64,000 nt of DNA from an uncultured Chloroflexia bacterium (lineage in GTDB: Bacteria > Chloroflexota > Anaerolineae > CG2-30-64-16). This document shows positions 9,360-17,347 of this stretch, one piece after another; position 1 is the stretch's first letter, and each line of letters opens with the position of its first letter. The translations under genes were made by a program, and so were the position numbers. The stretch is from the NCBI GenBank assembly GCA_963810095.1, contig CAWEMM010000006.1, forward strand, positions 1 to 64,000, given 5' to 3'. The notes under the pieces were generated by a model, which saw nothing but the letters and a program-made list of their open reading frames with translations, ran no database searches and was not told the origin of the DNA.

Positions 9360-10600
9360 AGATTTACCTCCACTCTCACCCGGGTGCCTGCACCCGGTTT
9401 GCTTTCATAAGTCAGGTTGCCGCCCATGCGTGCGGCGCGTTCGCCTAGGCTGCGGAGGCCCACGCCGCCTTGCCCTTCGGTTGAGTGCGTATCGAAGCCT
9501 ATGCCATCATCGCGGACTTCGAGGCGGATGCTGGTATCGGTGAAGAGCAGCCAGACACTCACGTGCTGCGCTCGCGCATGCTTCAGAACGTTATTGAGCG
9601 CCTCCTGCGCGATCCAGTACAGGTCTTCCTCGATCGCGATGGGCAAGCGCCGCTCCGCCTCCACACGGAACTCCGTCTGCAAACCGGCTCGCGTTTCGAC
9701 CGCGGCGAGCCGGGCCTGCAATACCGCGGCCAGCCCTTCGGTTTCCAGCTCGGGAGGATGCAGTTGGAAGATGAGCAGCCGCATATCACGCATGCCCTCT
9801 TGCGCGGTTTCCTGCAGTTCTTGCAGATAGCCGGCTGTGGCGTCTGTCTTGCCTGCGGCCAGCGCTAATGTTGCCGCGTTGGCGTAGAGCGTCACGCTAT
9901 ACAGCGACTGCGTAACAGAATCGTGCAACTCGCGCGCAAGCCGTTCCCGCTCGCCAAGCACCGCCAACTGCTCTGCCTGGCGTTGCAGGCGGGCGTGCTC
10001 GATGGCCATGGCGGCCTGGTTGGCGAACACCGACATGACGGGAATGTCTTCTTCCGTGAAGCCCCCCGCCTTGTTCACGACGTCGAACACGCCGATGACT
10101 CGGCCATCGACGTGCAGGGGCACAGTGAGCAGTGCGGTGAGTTCCGCCGGCCACTGGCGCACCTGGGACCGGTCGAAGACGGCCATGTCATTCACAAGCA
10201 CGGGTTCGCCGCGACGCACGACCTCGCCCGCGAGGGAACCGGATACAGGGACAGGTGTCATCGCCGGCGACGGACTGCCGAGTTGGTGCCTGACCTCCAG
10301 CCAGGTCCCGTCTGACAGAAGCAGCAGGACGGCACTGCCTGTAGCTCCAATAAGTCCTTGGGCTTGGGCGCAGACGAGGTCCAGCACCTGCTCCAGCGCA
10401 GTCTTGCGAAGCAGACTCACGAGGACCTGGCTGAAGCTCTCGCTCTCAGTCAGCCGGCGCTCGAGCTCCGCGTGGAGCTCGGCATTCCTCTGCGCTAACG
10501 CGGCTGTTGTGCGCTCGCGTTCGTCGATCTCAGCGCGTAACGCCTCGATCGTCTCTTCAACACGCGCACCGACCGTTCGATCATGACCCTCGTGCGGCAC
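9356..10600 (-). CDS. soluble GAF-domain sensor histidine kinase (HisKA_3 + HATPase)
   Basis: [18 protein letters not shown]-box, [12 protein letters not shown]-box, DDGIGF, GGVGL; GAF-like N-terminal half; 4-bp overlap with the response regulator. Confidence 0.9.
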   Translation of the reverse strand: MPHEGHDRTVGARVEETIEALRAEIDERERTTAALAQRNAELHAELERRLTESESFSQVLVSLLRKTALEQVLDLVCAQAQGLIGATGSAVLLLLSDGTWLEVRHQLGSPSPAMTPVPVSGSLAGEVVRRGEPVLVNDMAVFDRSQVRQWPAELTALLTVPLHVDGRVIGVFDVVNKAGGFTEEDIPVMSVFANQAAMAIEHARLQRQAEQLAVLGERERLARELHDSVTQSLYSVTLYANAATLALAAGKTDATAGYLQELQETAQEGMRDMRLLIFQLHPPELETEGLAAVLQARLAAVETRAGLQTEFRVEAERRLPIAIEEDLYWIAQEALNNVLKHARAQHVSVWLLFTDTSIRLEVRDDGIGFDTHSTEGQGGVGLRSLGERAARMGGNLTYESKPGAGTRVRVEVNL

Positions 10601-10875
10601 AGGCTAATCTCCCCATAACACGACAGCCCAGGCAAGATTAGCCCGGGCTGTTCGCAGGCGTTGTTACTGGACTGCTTGTCAACATCAGCCTAACACCGAA
10701 GGACATTAAGGTCGGTAGTCCCAGCCACACAGAGGGAGGGGCGGAGCCAAGCGCTATAATGCCCCGCTATGTGGTCCTGGCCTGCGCTGGAGCCGCAGCG
10801 CGCTGGAAGACCTGACCCTGGTTCACACCGCAATTCTAAGGTTGAGATAGGATCATCCGGGGGTTAGGAGAAGAT

Positions 10876-10990
10876 ATGACCATCAGTCTCATCGTCGCCG
10901 ACGATCATAGCATGGTGCGGAGCGGCATGGACATGTTTTTCCAAGAGGACCCCCCCGTGCGGATCGCCGGGGAAGCGCGCGATGACGAAG
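10876..10990 (+). pseudogene. truncated NarL-type receiver domain (first ~36 codons only)
   Basis: AGGAG RBS; MTISLIVADDHSMVRSGMDMFFQEDPPVRIAGEARD, then similarity is lost abruptly. Confidence 0.7.
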
Positions 10991-11030
10991 GTGCTCGTCG
11001 AGGGTTACGCCACAGAGCTCGAGCAAGCCG

Positions 11031-11065
11031 GCCGCTCCCCCTGAAGGGAGAGACGGGGGAGCGGC
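11031..11065. terminator. perfect 11-bp inverted repeat downstream of the minus-strand phage-like operon
   Basis: GCCGCTCCCCC (11031-11041) / GGGGGAGCGGC (11055-11065); no clear U-tract. Confidence 0.4.
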
Positions 11066-11146
11066 GCAGTGTCACCTGCGGTGACGCGGCACGCTCCCCG
11101 CTTCGCTGTCCCTCAACGTATGAGGGCCCTCACCGTGTGAGAGTCC

Positions 11147-11573
11147 TTAGCTGGACCCCATCGCCTCGGGATGCGGCTCCGCGCCATTGTCGGCCGCCGG
11201 CACGTCAACCTTGGTCTTCTCGTCCGGAGGCGCCTTCGGGCCGGTCCCGTTGCTACCCGCCGGCGCGGCCTTCAGCCGGATCACGACCAACTCCCGGCCG
11301 GCGACGCGGATAGGCGTCGGCTCGAGCTGCACCCGCTTGCCGAAGCAGGCCGTCACGTCGTCCCCGAAGAGCGCCTGCAGCGCGTCCTGGTTCGGTGCCG
11401 GGCAGCACCAGGCCCTTCTTGGTCTCCTTGAAGTACAGGACCGGCGCCGGCCGCAGGCGCTTCTCGGCCTGCGAATAGACGTCTTCGATCACGACCTGAT
11501 CGATGGTCAAGCTCCGGGCATTCCCTTGCAGATGGTCGGCCTTCAGCCAGCGGTCGAAATCGCTCCACTTCAT
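11147..11573 (-). CDS. phage-type putative single-stranded DNA-binding (OB-fold) protein, frameshifted near 11395
   Basis: WLKADHLQG..LTIDQV..E....VLYFKETKKGLVL, then NQDALQALFGDDVTACFGKRVQL; pattern resembles phage 'YLKAxDL...LxLNxTN...GkxIxL' proteins; GAGGAGG RBS. Confidence 0.5.
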
Positions 11574-11624
11574 CGTTGGTTCCTCCTCTTAAGTGATTGT
11601 GTGCGACCTGCGGTCGCGTGCGTA

Positions 11625-11873
11625 TCAGTGTCCTGCGCGCCGGCGGTCAGCCAGGTGGATCAGGTCCACGCGCTGGCCGCCGGTGGTCAGGATGCGGTTG
11701 CGCAGGCGCCAGACGGCGATCGCGATGTTGTCGGTCTCACGGACGTGGGCGAGAAAGGCGGTGAGCACCTTTTGAGTGAGGTACTCGCCGCCGTCGTACA
11801 TGTGCGCCAGGTCCTCGGCCGGCTCGGGAAACACGCCCAAGTCCACAAGAGCCCGGTAGAGGTCCTGGTTCAT
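11625..11873 (-). CDS. hypothetical protein, 82 aa
   Basis: GGAGG RBS; ATGA overlap with the upstream stop; MNQDLYRALVDLGVFPEPAEDL. Confidence 0.6.
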   Translation of the reverse strand: MNQDLYRALVDLGVFPEPAEDLAHMYDGGEYLTQKVLTAFLAHVRETDNIAIAVWRLRNRILTTGGQRVDLIHLADRRRAGH

Positions 11874-13280
11874 GCCGCCTCCAAGAGTTCCAGCGGCCTC
11901 GCCTGGTCGAGCGAAAGAGCGACGCGTCGACCGGCACCGGGCCGTCGAGATCCAGCCGTCGGCGGGCAAGGGCCAGTTCCAACGGGCCGATCGCCTCCGG
12001 GTCGCCCAGCAGCGCGCTCGCCCGGGGCGTCTCGCCGAGGTCGATCAGGCTGGCACGGGTCACGATCGCCACATCCTCCAAAGCGCTGCGGATGTTCTCG
12101 ACGTTGCGCGCCTCCGGCCGACGGTCGAAGGTCTCGCGCACGCGGGCGATCATCCGGCGTGGACTCCTCGTCGCCAAAGAAGTTCAAGGACCCGATCTGC
12201 TCGATCAGGTTTTTGAGCTGGACGACCGAGCGGGGATGCAGCTTGCCCTGGTTCTTCTGCATCGTCTTGAGCACGTCGGTCGTCGCCTCGTAGATCGTGG
12301 TTCGCAGTTGGACCACAACGTCCTTGAGGAACGTGTCGATCAACTGCTGCTTCTTGCGCCGCGCCTCGGCGACGACCTCGTCGTTCATGCGGGCCAGCTT
12401 CTGGCGGCGTTCCCGGTCGGCCTCGTCGCGGATGGCGATCTCCTTCCAGAGCTCGTCCCGGGCGAGCTCCGCCTCCATGCGCTCCCGCTGGCGCTCCCGC
12501 TCGATGCGCTCCTTCTCACGGGCATCCTCGGCCAGGAGGCTCGGCAGCGGGATGTAGGAGAACTCCTCTTCCCAGGCAAACGAGCGCTCGAATTTCGAAC
12601 GGGCTGGGGATCAGGGCCAGGATGCGGCGGACGAAACGGTCCACGAAGTGTCGCTCTTCGAGCATATCGTCGATGGCGTCCTGCCGGGTCATGCCGTCGG
12701 GCGTGAGGGCCCGAGCCCGCCGGAACGCGGCGCGAGCGGCGCCACGATAGGCGTCCGTCAGCTGGGCGAGGATCGTGTCGTACTCCGCGACGATCTGCTC
12801 GCGGGCCTCGAAGTAGCGGCGCTTGTGCGTCTCGTTTTCGGCCTGCCACTGGGCGAAGTTCGTCGCCGGCACGAACACACCCCAGTAGGTGGCGTAGCCG
12901 TTCCGCTCCAGGGCCTTGCGGCCGGCCGATTCGATCGCCTCGAGCTGCTTGGCGAGGTCGAGCGGGAGCAGGCGCTTGTCGCCGAGCTCGAACAGGTCGC
13001 CGATCAGGTCGTCGGCTTCCTTCGGCAGTCCGAGGTCGTCGGGGTCGAGGCGGCACTTGGCGCGCCAGCGGCGGACGTGCAGCTTGACGACGACGCCCTC
13101 GCGCATGAGGCTCAGCCAGCGCGGGGCTTCGGTGCGAATGTTGGAGGCGCCGAGGATACGGGCAAGCTCCTGCTTCTCGCGCTCCAGGGCGGTGGCAATT
13201 TGCCGGGAGCGTCGGCTGGACGGGCTGTCGTGAAGCGGCTTACTTTGTGTTCCTCGCATTGTGCTTGACACAATGGTCAA
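11870..13280 (-). CDS. DUF3150-like mobile-element protein (several frameshifts, start uncertain)
   Basis: VVVKLHVRRWRAKCRLDPDDLGL...LGDKRLLP...LEAIESAGRKALERNG...GVFVP resembles DUF3150; coiled-coil continuation in ORFs 11870-12478 and 11737-12177. Confidence 0.45.
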
Positions 13281-13293
13281 TCGCGCGTATCAT
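13257..13293 (+). promoter_or_regulatory. higBA sigma70 promoter with overlapping palindromic operator; probably leaderless
   Basis: TTGACA (13265-13270), 17 bp, TATCAT (13288-13293); palindrome TTGAC-N6-GTCAA (13265-13280); ATG at 13300 is 7 nt after the -10. Confidence 0.7.
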
Positions 13294-13299
13294 GGAGCC

Positions 13300-13581
13300 A
13301 TGATCCGAAGCTTCAAAGACGCCGACACCGAGAAGATCTTCCGACATCGACGGGCGCGAAGGTTCCCGCCAGAGATTCACCGGCCAGCGCTGCGGAAGCT
13401 TGAGTACTTGAACGTAGCGCGAACGCTGAACGACCTGCGCGAGCCACCGGGGAATCGCCTCGAGAAGCTGGCGGGCGAATGAGCCGGGTAGTACAGCATA
13501 CGAATCAATGACCAATGGCGGATCTGCTTTAAATGGCGCGACGGCGACGTGTATGAGGTTGAAATCACGGACTACCACTGA
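13300..13581 (+). pseudogene. higB: HigB (RelE/ParE family) toxin with two in-frame stops
   Basis: MIRSFKDADTEKIF...[33 protein letters not shown]...VEITDYH; TGA 13480-13482, TAG 13489-13491. Confidence 0.85.
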
Positions 13582-13591
13582 GGAGGGAATC

Positions 13592-13984
13592 ATGCCTGAT
13601 AGGGATATGGACGAGGAGATGATGCTGCCGGTTCATCCGGGCGAAATACTGCTGCACGAGTTCCTGCTGCCGATGGGGATGACGGCCCACCGGCTCGCGC
13701 TGTGCATTGGCGTGGACCCGCGGCGGATTCACGACATCATTCAGGGAAAGCGCAGTGTGACGGCGGACACGGCGCTGCGTCTGGGACGGTTCTTCAATGT
13801 CTCACCGGAGATTTGGATGGACCTGCAGACGAAGTATGACCTGGAGATGGCTTCGCTCGAGCTCAAGGACCGCCTGGAGGCTGAAGTGAGGCCGTGCCCC
13901 GAGAGTAACGCTGACGCGTGGCAGACGCGACCGCAGACAAAGCAGCGGAGGGTCAGGACGCAGCCAGGCCAGGTCGCTGCTTAA
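13592..13984 (+). CDS. higA: HigA family HTH antitoxin
   Basis: PVHPGEILLHEFL.PMG...IIQGKRSVTADTALRLGRFFNVSPEIWMDLQTKYDL; GAGGAGG RBS. Confidence 0.9.
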   Translation: MPDRDMDEEMMLPVHPGEILLHEFLLPMGMTAHRLALCIGVDPRRIHDIIQGKRSVTADTALRLGRFFNVSPEIWMDLQTKYDLEMASLELKDRLEAEVRPCPESNADAWQTRPQTKQRRVRTQPGQVAA

Positions 13985-14094
13985 TCCCTTTAGCGCATAG
14001 GGCCGCGACCCATAGGGGTCCTGACCCGTTTCGAATGCATAAACGACGGCAGTCCCGGACTGCTTCTTGCGTCCCTGCTCACCCCGAGACTAGC

Positions 14095-15399
14095 ATGCAG
14101 CCAGCCGATCCATCGAATCACCCAAACCTCGATTTTGCTGGGGAAGATACCCTTTACGCGACCCATGGGCTGCACGCCTATGCGGCGAAATGTCCGCCGC
14201 AGTTAGCCAGCTTCGGCATCTCGCACTACTCTCCTCCCGGCGGCGTGGTCCTGGACCCCATGTGCGGCAGCGGTACCACCTTGGTCGAGGCTCGCCTTCT
14301 GGGCCGCTCGGCGTTGGGCTACGACCTCGACCCACTCGCATGCCTTATTGCCCGCGTGAAGGCAAGTGACGTCAGCGACGCGGAGATCGGCCGGCAAGTT
14401 GAGAACGTGATCAGGGCGGTCGAGCAAGACTTGGCAGTTCTGAAGGATGGCCGCGTCACAGACGACCTGCGCGCCCGTGCAACTCCGCCTGATTTCCCGC
14501 GCCGAGACTACTGGTTTGAGCCGGAAGTCAGCCAAACACTCGCCCTGCTGGCCTCGCACATCGGGCAGTCCGCAGCGCCAGCAAGCGTCAGGGACTTCCT
14601 CTGGCTTGCGCTCTCGTCGGTCATCCTCTCCAAAGTAAGCGTTGCGAATGCGCGCGACATCATCCATTCCAGGCACCATCACTTCGCGCACGCGGTGGCG
14701 CCCGACGTCCTCGCCAGATATCGGACGCGCGTCCGCACAATGCGGAGGCAATTGGCTTCGTTTCAGGCCATGTGCGCCGGGAAGCACTCTGCCTGTACCG
14801 TAAGCGTGGAACAATGCGACGCGTGGCATTTGCCCTTGGACGGGGAGTCGGTCGACCTGGTCCTCACGTCACCGCCCTATGCGACAGCTCTCGACTACCC
14901 GCGCGCCCATTTTATGGCCGTCGCCTGGATGCAGCCCATTCTCGGTGTGAGCTTGAGTGACTATATGGCCGGAGCATCGGGTTACGTCGGGAGTGAACGC
15001 GGGCGCGTGGAAAAGGCTTTTGTGCGCGATCCCCAGCTTGCTGCGTTGCCGGTAGCTACTGCGGCAGTCGAGATGCTCAAGGAGCGAGACACCCGCCAAG
15101 CCCACCTCATTCAGCGTTACTTTCTGGATATGCAGGCTGTACTGGCCGAAACCTCGCGGGTGCTGAAGGCGGGCGGGCACCTGTTCATCGTGGTTTGCCC
15201 ATCGCATGTCCGAAAAGTCCAGATACCCACCCATTTGGTATTCACCGAGATGGCCCAGGTCTTGGGACTTACGCTTACCGGTCAGCATGAGCGCACCATC
15301 AACGGGAATCGCCGAATCCTTCCCTATATGCGGGAAGCGTTTGGGGACCGGATGAACACAGAGTACCTCCTCATTTACCGGAAGGCGCAACAGGGGTGA
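14095..15399 (+). CDS. DNA amino-methyltransferase, probably N4-cytosine (motif I before motif IV)
   Basis: THGLHAYAAKCPPQ, motif I VLDPMCGSGTT, motif IV LVLTSPPY, RVLKAGG. Confidence 0.85.
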   Translation: MQPADPSNHPNLDFAGEDTLYATHGLHAYAAKCPPQLASFGISHYSPPGGVVLDPMCGSGTTLVEARLLGRSALGYDLDPLACLIARVKASDVSDAEIGRQVENVIRAVEQDLAVLKDGRVTDDLRARATPPDFPRRDYWFEPEVSQTLALLASHIGQSAAPASVRDFLWLALSSVILSKVSVANARDIIHSRHHHFAHAVAPDVLARYRTRVRTMRRQLASFQAMCAGKHSACTVSVEQCDAWHLPLDGESVDLVLTSPPYATALDYPRAHFMAVAWMQPILGVSLSDYMAGASGYVGSERGRVEKAFVRDPQLAALPVATAAVEMLKERDTRQAHLIQRYFLDMQAVLAETSRVLKAGGHLFIVVCPSHVRKVQIPTHLVFTEMAQVLGLTLTGQHERTINGNRRILPYMREAFGDRMNTEYLLIYRKAQQG

Positions 15400-16025
15400 T
15401 GGATCGCGACGATTTGCGCGTGCTCGGGATCGAGCTCCACGAGCGCATGTTGAGCGGCGATGTGACTGCACTTGCGCGCCTGGCCGAAGCCTTCCTGGGC
15501 CCGCTTATCACCTCGCTGCAGCGCCTGCACCTTGACCTGCCGGATCCACACATGGTCGATACAGCAGTTGAAGATGTCTTGCTCAACTATGCCGACCACC
15601 CCGATCGCTATGACCCGACTAAGCTCGATCTTTTCGGTTACCTCCGCATGTCGGCCAGGAGCGACCTTCTCAATCTGCGCCGCCACTTTGGGCCGGAATT
15701 CGTCAGCGTCGAATCTGCTGTCGAACTTGAGGATACGCCAGGGGAACATATAGTAGAGACTGCAACCGATGGCGTCCTTGATGACGAAGTTATCGCCGCA
15801 CTTTCGCCAATGTGGGACCGCCTCGCCGTGCTCCTCCCGGAGTTCACGGACCGCCAGATCGTGTGGCTGTTGATGGAGGGCGAACGCAATACGGATGAGT
15901 ACGCCGCTGTCCTCGGCATCCTTGAACTGCCTCGCGAGGAGCGCGCAAGAGAGGTCAAGCGGCATAAGGACCGGGTCAAAGTGACGCTCCGGCGGCGGAT
16001 AGGGGAGTTGAGACTTGATGAATGA
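15396..16025 (+). CDS. ECF-type sigma-70 family factor (sigma2 + sigma4)
   Basis: GDVTALARL...AVEDVLL...RYDPTKLDLFGYLRMSARSDLLNLRR (region 2); LPEFTDRQIVWLL..GER...YAAVLGI...VKRHKDRVKVTLRR (region 4); GTGA overlap with the MTase stop. Confidence 0.7.
   Translation: MMDRDDLRVLGIELHERMLSGDVTALARLAEAFLGPLITSLQRLHLDLPDPHMVDTAVEDVLLNYADHPDRYDPTKLDLFGYLRMSARSDLLNLRRHFGPEFVSVESAVELEDTPGEHIVETATDGVLDDEVIAALSPMWDRLAVLLPEFTDRQIVWLLMEGERNTDEYAAVLGILELPREERAREVKRHKDRVKVTLRRRIGELRLDE
15719..15760 (+). promoter_or_regulatory. candidate alternative-sigma promoter inside the sigma gene
   Basis: TGTCGAACTT-N13-GGGAACA...AGT-AGAGAC; matches the copy at 17274-17316. Confidence 0.55.
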
Positions 16026-16512
16026 GAAGGGAGCCCGAGAGGGCGGGCTGTCCCAGCTAGCAGCGCTGGCGGTCCGTCTGCGCGCAAATCAGGCATACAT
16101 GGCGTGGTCGTTGGGCGAGTACGGCCGTGAGGAGCACCTCGGCGAAGACGAGGTGGCCTTGGTCCTGGGCCTAGACACCGCGATGTTCACGCGGCTCGCT
16201 CTCTGCAGGCGTCCCGATTCCGCGCGGCCCGACTTCGCCGAACAGGTGAAGCAGATCGCCGAGTACACTGGTATCGATGCCGCGGTCTTGGCCGCCCTTC
16301 TGCGCCAGGTGGAGTCTGTCTCTGTCCTCACTACCCTACCATCTCCCGAACTCGGGGCCAGACCCGTATCGTCCCCGTTGGCTCTGCGGCCCGGGCTGTT
16401 GTCCGCAGCCCGCGATCGTGCCAGTGACTCCGAGCCCAGCGAGGAAGCGGACGAAGCAGGCTCCGACGAAGAGGAGCCGAACGCGACCGCCTCTACCGAT
16501 CCTACTGACTAG
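16018..16512 (+). CDS. degenerate XRE/HTH-like protein with acidic tail; candidate substrate of the adjacent protease
   Basis: LGEYGREEHLGEDEVALVLGLDTAMFTRLALCRRP...QIAEYTGIDAAVLAALLRQ; C-terminal LLSAARDR then acidic low-complexity tail; overlaps the sigma stop. Confidence 0.6.
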   Translation: MNEKGAREGGLSQLAALAVRLRANQAYMAWSLGEYGREEHLGEDEVALVLGLDTAMFTRLALCRRPDSARPDFAEQVKQIAEYTGIDAAVLAALLRQVESVSVLTTLPSPELGARPVSSPLALRPGLLSAARDRASDSEPSEEADEAGSDEEEPNATASTDPTD

Positions 16513-16527
16513 CCATGGAGGTCGTCC

Positions 16528-17268
16528 ATGTGGCTCGACAATGAGGCCCAGGACGCAATCGAGTTCTTTTGGAGCGCGGCCGGTGAGACGGAACCGTTCC
16601 CCCGTCAGTTGGAGCGTCCCCTCCTGTTTGCACTGCCCGTGGCGTTGGTGAAGTTGCCCCGCCTCACCCTATGGGAGATCGAGCGGTGGCTTCATCGGCG
16701 GGGCCCGGCCATTTCATTTAGCTGCCAGAACCGCGGAGTGCGCGGCTGCCTGATTGCCTTCGGCGGCAAGGGGATGATCTTCGTTGACGGCGCGGACCCG
16801 GCAGACGAGTTGCGGTTCACAATTGCCCACGAGGTGGGACACTTCCTCGTTGACTACCTCTTGCCCCGGCAGAAGGCCGGCCGCCGCTTCGGCCCATCTA
16901 TCTGGGAGGTTATGGATGGGATGCGGGTGCCGACAGTCGCCGAACGCCTCTACGCCATACTCGATCGCACACAAATAGGCGTGCATACCAACCTGATGGA
17001 TCGCGTCCCGGCGGATGAGCATGAGAATCTGGGTAAAATCGAGGAGCGCGCTGACCGGGTGGCCCTCGAACTCCTCGCGTCCCACGAGCTTGTGCTGGCG
17101 GAGCCCGACGTCAGTCGGCCCACATACCCGGAGCGCTTTGCTGCGGTCACCGCGGCGCTCATGTCCGTTTATGGTCTCCCGCTGGCCGTCGCTAGGTCGT
17201 ATGCCCAGGCGCTGCTTGATCTTGCCGGCAAAGGACCATCTTTTGCCGAATCGCTCCGCCAACGCTAA
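16528..17268 (+). CDS. ImmA/IrrE family (M78) zinc metallopeptidase
   Basis: RFTIAHEVGH (HExxH) and EERADRVALELL; GGAGG RBS. Confidence 0.85.
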   Translation: MWLDNEAQDAIEFFWSAAGETEPFPRQLERPLLFALPVALVKLPRLTLWEIERWLHRRGPAISFSCQNRGVRGCLIAFGGKGMIFVDGADPADELRFTIAHEVGHFLVDYLLPRQKAGRRFGPSIWEVMDGMRVPTVAERLYAILDRTQIGVHTNLMDRVPADEHENLGKIEERADRVALELLASHELVLAEPDVSRPTYPERFAAVTAALMSVYGLPLAVARSYAQALLDLAGKGPSFAESLRQR

Positions 17269-17273
17269 TCTCG

Positions 17274-17316
17274 TGTCGAACTTCGGCTTCTCCCGCGGGT
17301 ACAGTGAGTGAGAGAC
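17274..17316 (+). promoter_or_regulatory. candidate alternative-sigma promoter upstream of nurA-herA
   Basis: TGTCGAACTT-N13-GGGTACA...AGTGAGAGAC in the intergenic gap, just upstream of the AAGGAGG RBS at 17337-17343. Confidence 0.6.
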
Positions 17317-17347
17317 ATTGTTGACGGTGAAGGTGCAAGGAGGATCG

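Noticed and set aside
13480-13491. Stop-codon recoding (Sec/Pyl or alternative code) in higB and int
   Set aside because: TGA and TAG terminate many normal genes here, and the positions correspond to Arg, Gln and Trp codons one transition away.
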